A DNA stretch of 64,000 nt from an uncultured Actinomycetes bacterium (GTDB taxonomy: Bacteria; Actinomycetota; Thermoleophilia; Solirubrobacterales; 70-9): the NCBI GenBank assembly GCA_963782515.1, contig CAWAJY010000006.1, positions 349,988 to 413,987 on the forward strand. The letters are read 5' to 3'. The notes under the pieces were generated by a model that saw nothing but the letters and a program-made list of their open reading frames with translations, had not been told where the DNA came from and did no database searches. Each line of letters opens with the position of its first letter. Positions within the stretch are counted from its first letter, which is position 1. Position numbers and translations under genes: made by a program. Of the stretch, positions 28,100 to 36,991 are shown in pieces.

Positions 28100-29187
28100 T
28101 AGATCGCGGTGTCGACGCAGCGGGAGCCCGAGCGCCTGCGGGGAGCGGTGCGGGGGCGGGCCACCTCGACGCCGCGCTCGCGCAGTGGGGCTGCCTGGGC
28201 GGGGTCGAGGGGGAGGACCGAGGCCGGTGCGAGCTCGTCGAGGGTGGCGGCGGCCAGGTCGAAGGTGCGGGGGTCCTCCGGGTCGACATCGCGAAGGTGG
28301 ATGAGGATCCCGGCCTCGGCGCGGGCGAAGCGTCGCAGGAGGGCGACCAGGCTGCTCTCGCCGGTCGGGGCGAGGGTGGTGATGAGGTCGTCGATCGGCG
28401 AGGAGGCGCGGATCGCCAGGGGCACCTCCCGGCGACCCTCGACCTCGCCGCGGACCAGCGCCGCGTGCGCCTCGCCGGTCACCTCGTTGGTCAGGCTGAC
28501 CGCGGTGAAGGCCCCGTGCTGGGTGACGACCCTCCGGCGCTCGGTCGCCCGGACCGGCCGCTCGGCCGCGATCCGGCGGGCGGCGACCTCGGTGACCGTG
28601 ACCAGGGGCAGGTGGCGCTCGGCGGCGGTGGCGCGGACCTCGGCCGCGCTCGCGGTCCGACCGGCCTCATCGAGCATCGCGCAGATCGCCGCCGCCCCGG
28701 TGCCACCGGCGAGCCGGACCAGATCGACGGCCGCCTCGGGCGCCCCGCGCGCGGCGAAGACGCCCGCGTCGGCGGCGATCAGCGGCGGCACGTGGCCGGG
28801 GACCACGAGGTCGGAGGACCGCGTCGCCGGGTCGGCGACGACCCGCGCGGTGTTCGCCCGCTCGGCCGCCGAGATCCCGGTCGTCGTCCCCACCCGCGCG
28901 TCCACCGACGCCGCGATCCGCCGCGCCCGACCGCCGGCCGCCGGCCGCCGGCTCCCGATCGGGGAACCAGCGTGCGCGGTGCCGGTGCGGGGCTGCTGCT
29001 CGGGGAGGTTCAGCTCACCGGCGCGGCCGGCGGCGAGGACGACGGAGAAGATCCCGCCGCCCGCGTCGAGCATCGCGACGACGTCCTCGGTGCTCGTGCC
29101 GCGGGCGTCGCGGAGGAGGTGGCCGACGCCCTCGTCGTCAAGCAGGACCACGATCTCACCGCGGGCGATGGCCTCGATCGCCGTCAC
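28099..29187 (-). CDS. RibBA-like protein (DHBP synthase / GTP cyclohydrolase II fold) with degenerate catalytic motifs
   Basis: 362 aa, GTG start in a GTGA overlap with the crotonase stop. Retains VPGHVPPL and EAAVDLVRLAG. The acidic DEDRENEGD loop is replaced by LDDEGVGHLL. The GCH-II Cys cluster is absent. Confidence 0.55.
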   Translation of the reverse strand: MTAIEAIARGEIVVLLDDEGVGHLLRDARGTSTEDVVAMLDAGGGIFSVVLAAGRAGELNLPEQQPRTGTAHAGSPIGSRRPAAGGRARRIAASVDARVGTTTGISAAERANTARVVADPATRSSDLVVPGHVPPLIAADAGVFAARGAPEAAVDLVRLAGGTGAAAICAMLDEAGRTASAAEVRATAAERHLPLVTVTEVAARRIAAERPVRATERRRVVTQHGAFTAVSLTNEVTGEAHAALVRGEVEGRREVPLAIRASSPIDDLITTLAPTGESSLVALLRRFARAEAGILIHLRDVDPEDPRTFDLAAATLDELAPASVLPLDPAQAAPLRERGVEVARPRTAPRRRSGSRCVDTAI

Positions 29188-29963
29188 CGTCCGGTCCAGA
29201 CCGGCGCCCGCTTCTCGGCGAACGCGGCGGCGCCCTCGCGGGCGTCAGCGGACCCCATGATCAGCTGGATGAAATCCTCCTGGCGCGTCCACGCCTCGGC
29301 CTCCGGCAGCTCGACCAGCTCGTCGACGATCTGCTTGGAGACGCGCACCGCGAGCGGCCCGTTGGCGGCGATCTTCGCGGCGAGCGCGAGCGCCTCGGCG
29401 AGCGCGCCACCGTCCTCGCAGACCCGGTTGACCAGGCCGAGCTCGTAACCGCGCCCGGCGTCGACCAGCTCGCCGGTCAGCGCCAGCTCCATCGCCACGT
29501 GGCGGGGAATCCGCCGCGGCAGGCGGAAGAGCGCCCCGGCGCCGGCGATCAACCCCCGCTGCGTCTCCGGGATGCCGAGCCGGGCGCCCCGCCCGGCGAC
29601 GATCAGGTCGCAGGACAGCGCGACCTCGAGGCCGCCGGCGACGGCGAAGCCCTCGACCGCGGCGATCATCGGCTTGGCCGGCGGGCGCTCGCAGATCCCG
29701 GCGAACCCACGGCCGCCCGCGTGCGGCGTCTCGCCGCGCAGGAACGCCTTCAGGTCCATGCCCGAGCAGAACCCCTTGCCGGCGCCGGTGATGACGCCGA
29801 CCCGCAGCTCCTCCTCGGCCTCGAGCCTCTCGACCGCGGCGGCGACGCCCTCGGCCAGCGCGCCGTCCACCGCGTTGCGCGCCTCGGGCCGATTCAGGGT
29901 GACGAGCAGGACCCCGTCGCGCACCTCGGTGAGGACCGCGCCCTCGGCCCCATCGCTCCCCAT
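29184..29963 (-). CDS. enoyl-CoA hydratase/isomerase (crotonase)
   Basis: Start taken at MGSDGAEGAVLTEVRDGVLLVTLNRPEARNA. GAGKGFCSGMDL and AAVEGFAVAGG oxyanion motifs. TGATG overlap with the upstream SDR. Confidence 0.8.
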   Translation of the reverse strand: MGSDGAEGAVLTEVRDGVLLVTLNRPEARNAVDGALAEGVAAAVERLEAEEELRVGVITGAGKGFCSGMDLKAFLRGETPHAGGRGFAGICERPPAKPMIAAVEGFAVAGGLEVALSCDLIVAGRGARLGIPETQRGLIAGAGALFRLPRRIPRHVAMELALTGELVDAGRGYELGLVNRVCEDGGALAEALALAAKIAANGPLAVRVSKQIVDELVELPEAEAWTRQEDFIQLIMGSADAREGAAAFAEKRAPVWTGR

Positions 29964-30805
29964 CACGCGCTCCAGGTCGCGCTGGCACCCATCGTGATGT
30001 CGATCCCGGTGCCGCTGATATGACGACCGCGCTCGGAGGCGAGGAAGACGACGATGTCGGAGACCTCCTCCGGCTCGATCCACGGTTCCGGCAGCTTGTG
30101 CAGCGCTTCCATGATCGTTCCCTCGATGTCCTCGGTCGTCGGGTCCTCGAGGTCGGGGCGGAAGACGTGGTAGAGCGCCTTGTTCTCGAACATCATGTCG
30201 GTCTTCACGCAGGCCGGGCAGATGGCGTTGACGGTGATGTGGTGGGGCGCCAGCTCCAGCGCCGCCGACTTGACCATCCCGATCACGCCCCACTTGGCGG
30301 CGACGTAGTTGCCGAAGTTCGCCATCCCGGCCCGACCGGCGGTCGAGGCGGTGCAGATGATCCGCCCGGAATCCTGCGGGACCATCTTCTGGGCGGCGGC
30401 GCGGAGCGTGTTGAAGACCCCGGTGAGGTTGATGTCGATCACCGTCTGCCACTGCTCGTCGGTCATCTTCGCCAGTTCCTCGGCAGCCCAGATCCCCGCG
30501 TTGCAGCAGGCGACGTCGAGCGAGCCGAACTCTTCGACGGCACGGTCGGCGGCCGCGTCGACCTGGTCGGAGCGGCGCACGTCGACCGTCATCGACACCG
30601 CCTTGACGCCCTCGGCCTCGACCAGCCGGACGGTCTCCGCGAGGTCGCTCGCCGCCGCCATCTTGTAGGGGACGGGCGCGATTTCCTCGTGCAGGTCGGT
30701 GACGACGACGTTCGCGCCCTCGCGCGCCAGCGCCACCGCGTGGGTGCGACCCTGGCCGCGGGCGGCGCCGGTGATCAGGGCGGTCTTTCCTTCCAGCTCC
30801 TTCAT
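29963..30805 (-). CDS. SDR oxidoreductase, carveol-dehydrogenase-like (mycofactocin-coupled subfamily-like)
   Basis: GGAGGAG RBS. MKELEGKTALITGAARGQGRTHAVALAREGANVV...PYKMAAASDLAETVRLVE signature. YVAAK catalytic motif. Confidence 0.8.
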   Translation of the reverse strand: MKELEGKTALITGAARGQGRTHAVALAREGANVVVTDLHEEIAPVPYKMAAASDLAETVRLVEAEGVKAVSMTVDVRRSDQVDAAADRAVEEFGSLDVACCNAGIWAAEELAKMTDEQWQTVIDINLTGVFNTLRAAAQKMVPQDSGRIICTASTAGRAGMANFGNYVAAKWGVIGMVKSAALELAPHHITVNAICPACVKTDMMFENKALYHVFRPDLEDPTTEDIEGTIMEALHKLPEPWIEPEEVSDIVVFLASERGRHISGTGIDITMGASATWSA

Positions 30806-31866
30806 CTCTCCTCCATTTCGGTGAACCAGCGGGCCTCGGCCAGCAGGGCGGGGACGTCGTGCTCGAGCGCCGCCGCGTAGGGGGCGTCGGTGCGGCCGGC
30901 GACGAAGTGGGCGTGGGCCCCCTCGACGATCGCCGCCAGCTTCCAGAAGGCGAGCGCCATGTAGTACGGGAGCGCGGCCAGCGAGCGGCCGCTGCGCTCC
31001 TCGTAGAGCGCCGCCAGCTCGGCCCGGCTCGGCGCCCCCGACACGCGGCTGATCGCCTGCACCCAGGGCATCCCCATCGGCTCGGCGCGCTCGGAGCCCC
31101 AGAAGGCGAGGAAGAGGCCGACGTCGAGCAGCGGGTCGCCGATCGTCGACATCTCCCAGTCGATGATCGCCGCCAGCCGCGGCCGCGGCTCGACCGCGAA
31201 GAGGCAGTTGTCGACGTGGAAGTCGCCGTGGAGGATGCCGGGCGGGACGTCGTCGGGGCGGTTCGCCTCGAGCCACTCGGCAACCGGCTCGAAGTCGGCG
31301 AGCTCCCGGTGGCGATAGCGGTCGAGCTGCTTGCGCCAGCGCGGCACCTGGCGGGCGAGGAAGTCCTCGGGACGGCCGAAGTCCCCGAGCCCCAGGGCGC
31401 GCCAGTCGAGCGTGTGCAGGTCGGCCAGCGCGGTCGCGACCTGCGCGCCGACCGCCCGCACCGCGGCGCCCGGGTCCGCGGCCCAGGCCGCCGGCAGCTC
31501 GTCGCCGAGCGAGGTCCCCTCGACCTCCTCCATCAGCAGGAAGGGAGCCTCGGGGACGGACTCCTCGGTACACAGCCCGCGTGGCGCCGGGACCGGGACC
31601 GCGGTCGGGGACAGTGCCGCCAGCACCCGCTCCTCGCGCCCGACGTTGTGGGCCGAGGAATCGATCGTCGCCCGCGGCGGACGCCTCATCACCAGGCGCT
31701 CGGCCCCGGCGCTGAGCAGCATCGTCTCGTTGGAGTTGCCGCCCGCCAGCGACCGCAGGTCGTAGGGACCCTCGATCCCGGCCTCGGCCAGCCATGCCTG
31801 GAGCGCCGCGCTCGCGGTGCCCGGACCCGTCGCGACGGCTGCCGGCCGTCTCCCCTCGCTACCCAT
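30802..31866 (-). CDS. APH-like phosphotransferase (ACAD10/11 kinase-domain / LvaA-like family)
   Basis: Start taken at MGSEGRRP. GGNSNET, RRPP...SAHNVGRE, HGDFHVDN and IDWEMSTIGDPLLD motifs. The stop abuts the SDR start. Confidence 0.75.
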   Translation of the reverse strand: MGSEGRRPAAVATGPGTASAALQAWLAEAGIEGPYDLRSLAGGNSNETMLLSAGAERLVMRRPPRATIDSSAHNVGREERVLAALSPTAVPVPAPRGLCTEESVPEAPFLLMEEVEGTSLGDELPAAWAADPGAAVRAVGAQVATALADLHTLDWRALGLGDFGRPEDFLARQVPRWRKQLDRYRHRELADFEPVAEWLEANRPDDVPPGILHGDFHVDNCLFAVEPRPRLAAIIDWEMSTIGDPLLDVGLFLAFWGSERAEPMGMPWVQAISRVSGAPSRAELAALYEERSGRSLAALPYYMALAFWKLAAIVEGAHAHFVAGRTDAPYAAALEHDVPALLAEARWFTEMEER

Positions 31867-31981
31867 GGCCGCATCTTCCCCGCGTCCGCCCGGCGCACCC
31901 GCCGGCCCGCCGCGGCACCTTTGGAGTTCTCTCCAACCCCTCTCCGCCGCCCCCCGGCCGGCGCGCCATAAGGTGGCGCCG

Positions 31982-33259
31982 ATGGCGTGGGACTTCTCCA
32001 CCGACCCCGAGTTCGAGGCGCAGCTCGCCTGGATGCGCGACCTCGTCCGCGAGGAGGTCCTGCCCCTGGAGACGCTCGGCCTCGACTTCCCCACCTACCG
32101 GCGCGCGATCGCGCCGCTGCAGCGGCGGGTCAAGGAAAAGGGCCTCTGGGCCGCCCACCTGCCGCCGGATCTGGGCGGCCAGGGCCTCGGCCAGGTGAAG
32201 CTGGCGCTGATGCACGAGATCCTCGGCGCCACCGACTACGCGCCGCCGGTCTTCGGCAACCAGGCGCCCGACTCGGGCAACTCGGAGCTGATCGCGGTCG
32301 CGGGCACCGACGAGCAGAAGGCCCGCTGGATGGCGCCGCTGCTGGCGGGCGAGCTGCTCTCCGCCTTCACGATGACCGAGGAGGGCACCGGCTCGGACCC
32401 GACGCAGCTGAAGACCGCCGCCGTCCGCGACGGCTCCGACTGGGTCCTCGACGGGACCAAGTGGTTCATCTCCAACGCCGACAAAGCCGACTTCCACATC
32501 GTCATGGCACTGACCGACCCGGAGGCCGACCCGCACCGCCGCATGTCGATGATCATCGTCCCCGCCGACGCCGCCGGGATCACCGTGCGCGACCTCGGGG
32601 TGATGAACGACCCGGAGGTCCGCAACCCGATCCACACCCACTCCGAAGTGACCTTCGAGGGGGTCCGGGTCCCGGCCGAGAACCTGCTCGGCGAGCGCGG
32701 CGGCGCCTTCGCCCTGGCCCAGACCCGGCTCGGCCCCGGCCGCATCCACCACGCGATGCGCTGGCTCGGCGTCTCCCGGCGCGCCTTCGACATGCTCTGC
32801 GAGCGCGCCGTCAGCAAGTCGGTCCACGGCTCGACCCTCGCCGACAAGCAGACGATCCGCAACTGGGTCGCCGACTCGGCCGCCGAAATGCAGGCGGCGC
32901 GGATGATGACCATGCACGCGGCCTGGAAATGCGACCAGGTGGGGCCGAAAGCGGCCCGGAGCGAGATCGCGATGATCAAGTACCACGGGCCGAAGGTCAT
33001 GTACAACGTCCTCGACCGGGCGATCCAGGTGCACGGCTCGCTCGGCTTCTCCTGCGACATGCCGCTGGAGGAGATGTACCGCTACGCGCGGGCATCGCGG
33101 ATCTACGACGGGCCCGACGAGGTCCACCGCGAGAGCGTCGCCCGCCGCATCCTGCGCGGCTACGAGCCGCGCGAGGTGCCGACCGAACACATCCCCACCC
33201 GTCGCGCCGCCGCCCAGGCCCGCTTCGCCGAGCTGCTCGACGCCGCCTCGGTCAGCTGA
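31982..33259 (+). CDS. acyl-CoA dehydrogenase family protein
   Basis: 425 aa with an AAGGTGG RBS. FTMTEEGTGSDP and IYDGPDEVHR family motifs. Divergent from the kinase operon. Confidence 0.85.
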   Translation: MAWDFSTDPEFEAQLAWMRDLVREEVLPLETLGLDFPTYRRAIAPLQRRVKEKGLWAAHLPPDLGGQGLGQVKLALMHEILGATDYAPPVFGNQAPDSGNSELIAVAGTDEQKARWMAPLLAGELLSAFTMTEEGTGSDPTQLKTAAVRDGSDWVLDGTKWFISNADKADFHIVMALTDPEADPHRRMSMIIVPADAAGITVRDLGVMNDPEVRNPIHTHSEVTFEGVRVPAENLLGERGGAFALAQTRLGPGRIHHAMRWLGVSRRAFDMLCERAVSKSVHGSTLADKQTIRNWVADSAAEMQAARMMTMHAAWKCDQVGPKAARSEIAMIKYHGPKVMYNVLDRAIQVHGSLGFSCDMPLEEMYRYARASRIYDGPDEVHRESVARRILRGYEPREVPTEHIPTRRAAAQARFAELLDAASVS

Positions 33260-33260
33260 G

Positions 33261-34433
33261 GTGGGCGCCGCCGCCGGGCCGCTCGCCGGGGTCCGCGTCC
33301 TCGACCTGAGCAGGCTCCTCCCCGGCGGCTTCTGCACCGCGACGCTCGGCGACCTGGGCGCCGAGGTGGTGAAGATCGAGCAACCGGGGCAGGGCGACTA
33401 CATGCGCTGGGGCGATCCCAAGTTCGGCGCCGAGTCGGCGGCCAGCTGGACGATCGACCGCAACAAGCGCTCGGTCTCGATCGACCTGAAGAACCCCGAC
33501 GGGGTGCGGGCGCTGCTCGACCTCGCCGCCCGCGCCCAGGTCGTGGTGGAGAGCTTCCGCCCGGGCGTCGTCGACCGCCTCGGAGTCGGCTACGACGCGG
33601 TCCGCGCGGTCAACCCGGCGATCGTCTACTGCTCGATCACCGGCCACGGCCAGGACGGCCCGCTGCGCCTCGCCCCTGGCCACGACATCAACTACGTCGG
33701 CCGCGCCGGCATCCTCAGCATCAGCGGGCCCGCCGACGGGCTCCCCGCCGTCGCCGGCGTCCAGATCGCCGACCTCGGCACCGGCGGGCTCTTCAGCGCC
33801 GTCGGCATCCTCGCCGCCCTCTACCGCGCCCGCGAGACCGGCGAGGGGGACCACATCGACATCTCGATGACCGACGGTGCGCTGGCCTGGCTGTCGATCC
33901 ACCTCGAGGACTACTTCGCCTCCGGCGTCGACCCCGGCCGCGAGGGGATGGTCCTGAACGGGCGTTTTCCCTGTTACAACGTCTACCGCTGCGCCGACGG
34001 CCGCCACATCACCGTCGGCGCGCTCGAGGAGCAGTTCTGGGAGGTCCTCTGCGAGAAGACCGGCCGACCCGACCTCCTCCCCACCCAGTACGACCCAGAC
34101 GCGATCCCGCTGTGGCGCGAGGTCTTCGCCGCCAGGGCCCGCGACGAGTGGGTCGAGCTGCTCGCCGACGGCGCCTGCGTCGGCCCGGTCAACGACTTCG
34201 CCGAGGCGAGCGCCGAACCGCAGGTCCTCGCGCGCGGCATGGTGATCGACCAGGAGCACCCCGAAGCGGGGACGGTGCGCCAGATCGGCTCGCCGATCAA
34301 GCTGCGCGACCACCCGGTCGGGGTGCGCACGCCGGCGCCGAAGCTCGGCGCCGACACGCGGGCGCTGCTCGCCGAGGCGGGCTACCCGGAGGAGCGGATC
34401 GGCTCGCTGCTCGCGGACGGCGCCGTCGCCTGA
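33261..34433 (+). CDS. family III CoA-transferase (CaiB/BaiF)
   Basis: 390 aa, GTG start 2 nt after the ACAD stop. LAGVRVLDLSRLLPGGFCTATLGDLGAEVVKIE N-terminus. Confidence 0.8.
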   Translation: MGAAAGPLAGVRVLDLSRLLPGGFCTATLGDLGAEVVKIEQPGQGDYMRWGDPKFGAESAASWTIDRNKRSVSIDLKNPDGVRALLDLAARAQVVVESFRPGVVDRLGVGYDAVRAVNPAIVYCSITGHGQDGPLRLAPGHDINYVGRAGILSISGPADGLPAVAGVQIADLGTGGLFSAVGILAALYRARETGEGDHIDISMTDGALAWLSIHLEDYFASGVDPGREGMVLNGRFPCYNVYRCADGRHITVGALEEQFWEVLCEKTGRPDLLPTQYDPDAIPLWREVFAARARDEWVELLADGACVGPVNDFAEASAEPQVLARGMVIDQEHPEAGTVRQIGSPIKLRDHPVGVRTPAPKLGADTRALLAEAGYPEERIGSLLADGAVA

Positions 34434-36295
34434 GCGACGCCGACCTGGTCGCCGTCGCTGATCCGCCCGACCAGGCGCAGGATCAGCAGTCCGAGCTGCA
34501 GGGTGAGCTGGTCGTCGGCATCGGCGGCGACGTCGAGGTGGGTGATCTCGCGGATCCGCCCGAGCCGGTAGCGGATCGTGTTCTCGTGGACGTCCAGCAG
34601 CTCGGCCGAGCGGCGGACGCTGCGCGAGGCGGCGAAGAACATCTGCACGGTCGAGAGGAGGTCCTCCATGCCGGGGTCGAGGAGCTCGCCCAGGGTGTCG
34701 CGGGCGAAGCGCTCGGCGTCCTCCTTGCTGGTGCCGGAGAGCAGCAGCCGGGCGGCGCCGATGTCGGCGCTGGCCAGCACCCGGTAGGCGTCGGGCGGGC
34801 AGAAGACCGAGATGCAGCGCGACACCTGCTGCGCCTCGCGGAACGACGACGGGTACTGCGTCGCTTCGTCGCAGATCCCCGAGATCGCCACCGAGGCGAC
34901 CTCCTTGGCGCCCAGCGCGGTGAGCGCGTCGGCGGCGATCGCCTTGGCCTCGTCGATCCCCTTCTCGCCGTCGCGGCTCGCGAGTTCGATCACCGCGGCG
35001 ACGCCGTCCTCGACCCCGACCACCAGCGGGTTCGCCTCCGGATGGTTCTCCTGGAGCGCCTTGAAGACGCGCCCGGAGGGGAGCGGCGCCCGCTTCTCCC
35101 CTGTCGCGAACAGCATCACCGCGTGCGGCGCGGTCAGGTGGAGCCCGTGGAAGTGGGCGCGGCGCAGCAGCGAGGCGGGGTCGTCGGTGCCGACGATCAG
35201 GTCGCGGGCGAGGGTCTCCTGGGCGCGCATCTCGGCGTCGGCGGCGCGCCGCTCGGCGCTCATCTCGAGCGCCACGATCGTCCCCGCGCGGCGGGCGACG
35301 ATGCGGTCGTGGGCGTTGAACCAGCCGCCCTGCTCGATCACCACGAGGTAGCCCCAGGCGTCGCTGCCGACCATGATCGGCGCCGCCATCATCCGCTTCG
35401 CCAGCTTGGTCCGCCCGGCCGCGTCGATCACCGCCGGGTTGCGGCCCTGGATCTTGGTGATCACCCCGGCCAGATCCGGTTCGTGGCGCATCCGTGCCAG
35501 CACGCGGTCGAGCACCGCGCCGCCGTCGGCGTCGTTGCCGGCTGTCGCCAGCGGCCGCATCCCCGCGTCGACCACCATCGTCGGCTTGCCGGTCAGTTCG
35601 GCGACCGCCTCGGTGATCTCGTGCAGGTTGGCGCCTTTGAGGACCAGCGTCGCCAGCCGTTCCTCGATCGCCGCGGCGGTGCGCAGCAGCTTGTTCTGCC
35701 GCTCCACCGTCTGCAGCGAGGTGCGCAGCTCCGAGGTCAGCTGGGCGTGGGAGATCGCGATCGCCGCCAGGTTGGCGAAGGTCCCGCAGAGCGACTGCTC
35801 GTTCTCGGAGTAATCGTGCGGCTGGTCTTCGTTGTCGAGGAAGAGCAGCCCGACGACCTGGCCTTTGCGGACCATCGGCACGCCGAGCATCGTCTGGACG
35901 TTCCACTCGAGCATCGTCGAGCGCACCGGGCGTGGATCCGACTGGGCGTTGACGATCAGCACCGGCCGCTTTGTGGTGAGGATCTCGCGGGTGAAGCCGT
36001 CGGCCTCGATCCCCGCCGTGAGGCCCTTGATCGCGGCGTCGATGTTGCGGTCGGCATGGCCGACCTGGCCACGGAAGAGCCCGGTGCGTTCGTCCCGCAG
36101 GTAGACGCTGCATCGACGGACGTCGAGCAGCTCGCAGATCCGCATCGCGACGATGTGCAGGAGCGCGTCGAGGGCGACGTGCTCGGTGATCGCCCCGGAG
36201 ATTTCGTTGAAGGCCTCGACGACCTCCGGGAATCCGGCGGGCCGACGGCCCCCCTTCACCTTGTCGGACCTGCCGACGAGCTCATCGACGGCCAT
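34382..36295 (-). CDS. GAF-domain PucR/CdaR-family transcriptional regulator
   Basis: 637 aa. N-terminal GAF-like region. C-terminal PucR HTH (LDVHENTIRYRLGRIREIT). Its 3' end overlaps the convergent CoA-transferase by 52 nt. Confidence 0.75.
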   Translation of the reverse strand: MAVDELVGRSDKVKGGRRPAGFPEVVEAFNEISGAITEHVALDALLHIVAMRICELLDVRRCSVYLRDERTGLFRGQVGHADRNIDAAIKGLTAGIEADGFTREILTTKRPVLIVNAQSDPRPVRSTMLEWNVQTMLGVPMVRKGQVVGLLFLDNEDQPHDYSENEQSLCGTFANLAAIAISHAQLTSELRTSLQTVERQNKLLRTAAAIEERLATLVLKGANLHEITEAVAELTGKPTMVVDAGMRPLATAGNDADGGAVLDRVLARMRHEPDLAGVITKIQGRNPAVIDAAGRTKLAKRMMAAPIMVGSDAWGYLVVIEQGGWFNAHDRIVARRAGTIVALEMSAERRAADAEMRAQETLARDLIVGTDDPASLLRRAHFHGLHLTAPHAVMLFATGEKRAPLPSGRVFKALQENHPEANPLVVGVEDGVAAVIELASRDGEKGIDEAKAIAADALTALGAKEVASVAISGICDEATQYPSSFREAQQVSRCISVFCPPDAYRVLASADIGAARLLLSGTSKEDAERFARDTLGELLDPGMEDLLSTVQMFFAASRSVRRSAELLDVHENTIRYRLGRIREITHLDVAADADDQLTLQLGLLILRLVGRISDGDQVGVAQATAPSASSEPIRSSG

Positions 36296-36468
36296 GCGTC
36301 CACTCTCCTCCGGCGCCCCCGGCCCGAATCGTGCCAGGCCCGGATCCCTGCTCCCAGAGCGGAGGATAGCCCTTTGTGCCGATTATCTCCAGTGCCGTTT
36401 GTCGGGTCCCACAGTCCACCGCGCCGCCGCCCGCCACCGTTGGTGGCATTGCTGATTTCGTTCTCAGC

Positions 36469-36966
36469 GTGAGCCAGGCGACCTTCGACAGCCCCCACTT
36501 CCGCAAGGTGATGGGACACCTCCCGACCGGGGTCAGCATCGTCACCGGCCACGGCGAGGAAGGGCCCGCGGGGCTTGCCGTCGGCTCCTTCATGTCGGTC
36601 AGCCTGGAGCCGCCGCTGATCGCGGTCAGCCCGGCGCTCACCTCGACCAGCTGGCCCGCGATCCGCGAGACCGGCGGCTTCTGCGTCAACGTCCTGGGCG
36701 AGGCCCAGGCCGAGCTGGCGCGCCGCTTCGCCGTCTCCGGCGGGGACAAGTTCGCCGATCTCGGGTGGCGCCGCGGACCCTCCGGGGCGCCGATCCTCGC
36801 CGGCGCGGTGGCCTGGATCGACTGCCGGACCGAGTCCGAGCAGGTCGCCGGCGACCACTGGCTCGTCCTCGGCCGGGTGCTGGAGCTCGACGTCGAGGAG
36901 CCCGGCGACCCGCTGATCTTCCACCGCGGCGCCTTCGACCGCTTCCGCGCGACCGAGCGGGAGTAG
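36469..36966 (+). CDS. flavin reductase (HpaC-like, FMN-binding split barrel)
   Basis: GTG 36469 gives 165 aa. FRKVMGHLPTGVSIVT...GLAVGSFMSVSLEPPL signature. Confidence 0.75.
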   Translation: MSQATFDSPHFRKVMGHLPTGVSIVTGHGEEGPAGLAVGSFMSVSLEPPLIAVSPALTSTSWPAIRETGGFCVNVLGEAQAELARRFAVSGGDKFADLGWRRGPSGAPILAGAVAWIDCRTESEQVAGDHWLVLGRVLELDVEEPGDPLIFHRGAFDRFRATERE

Positions 36967-36991
36967 GCGGGTCCACTTCCCTGAAGGACCC

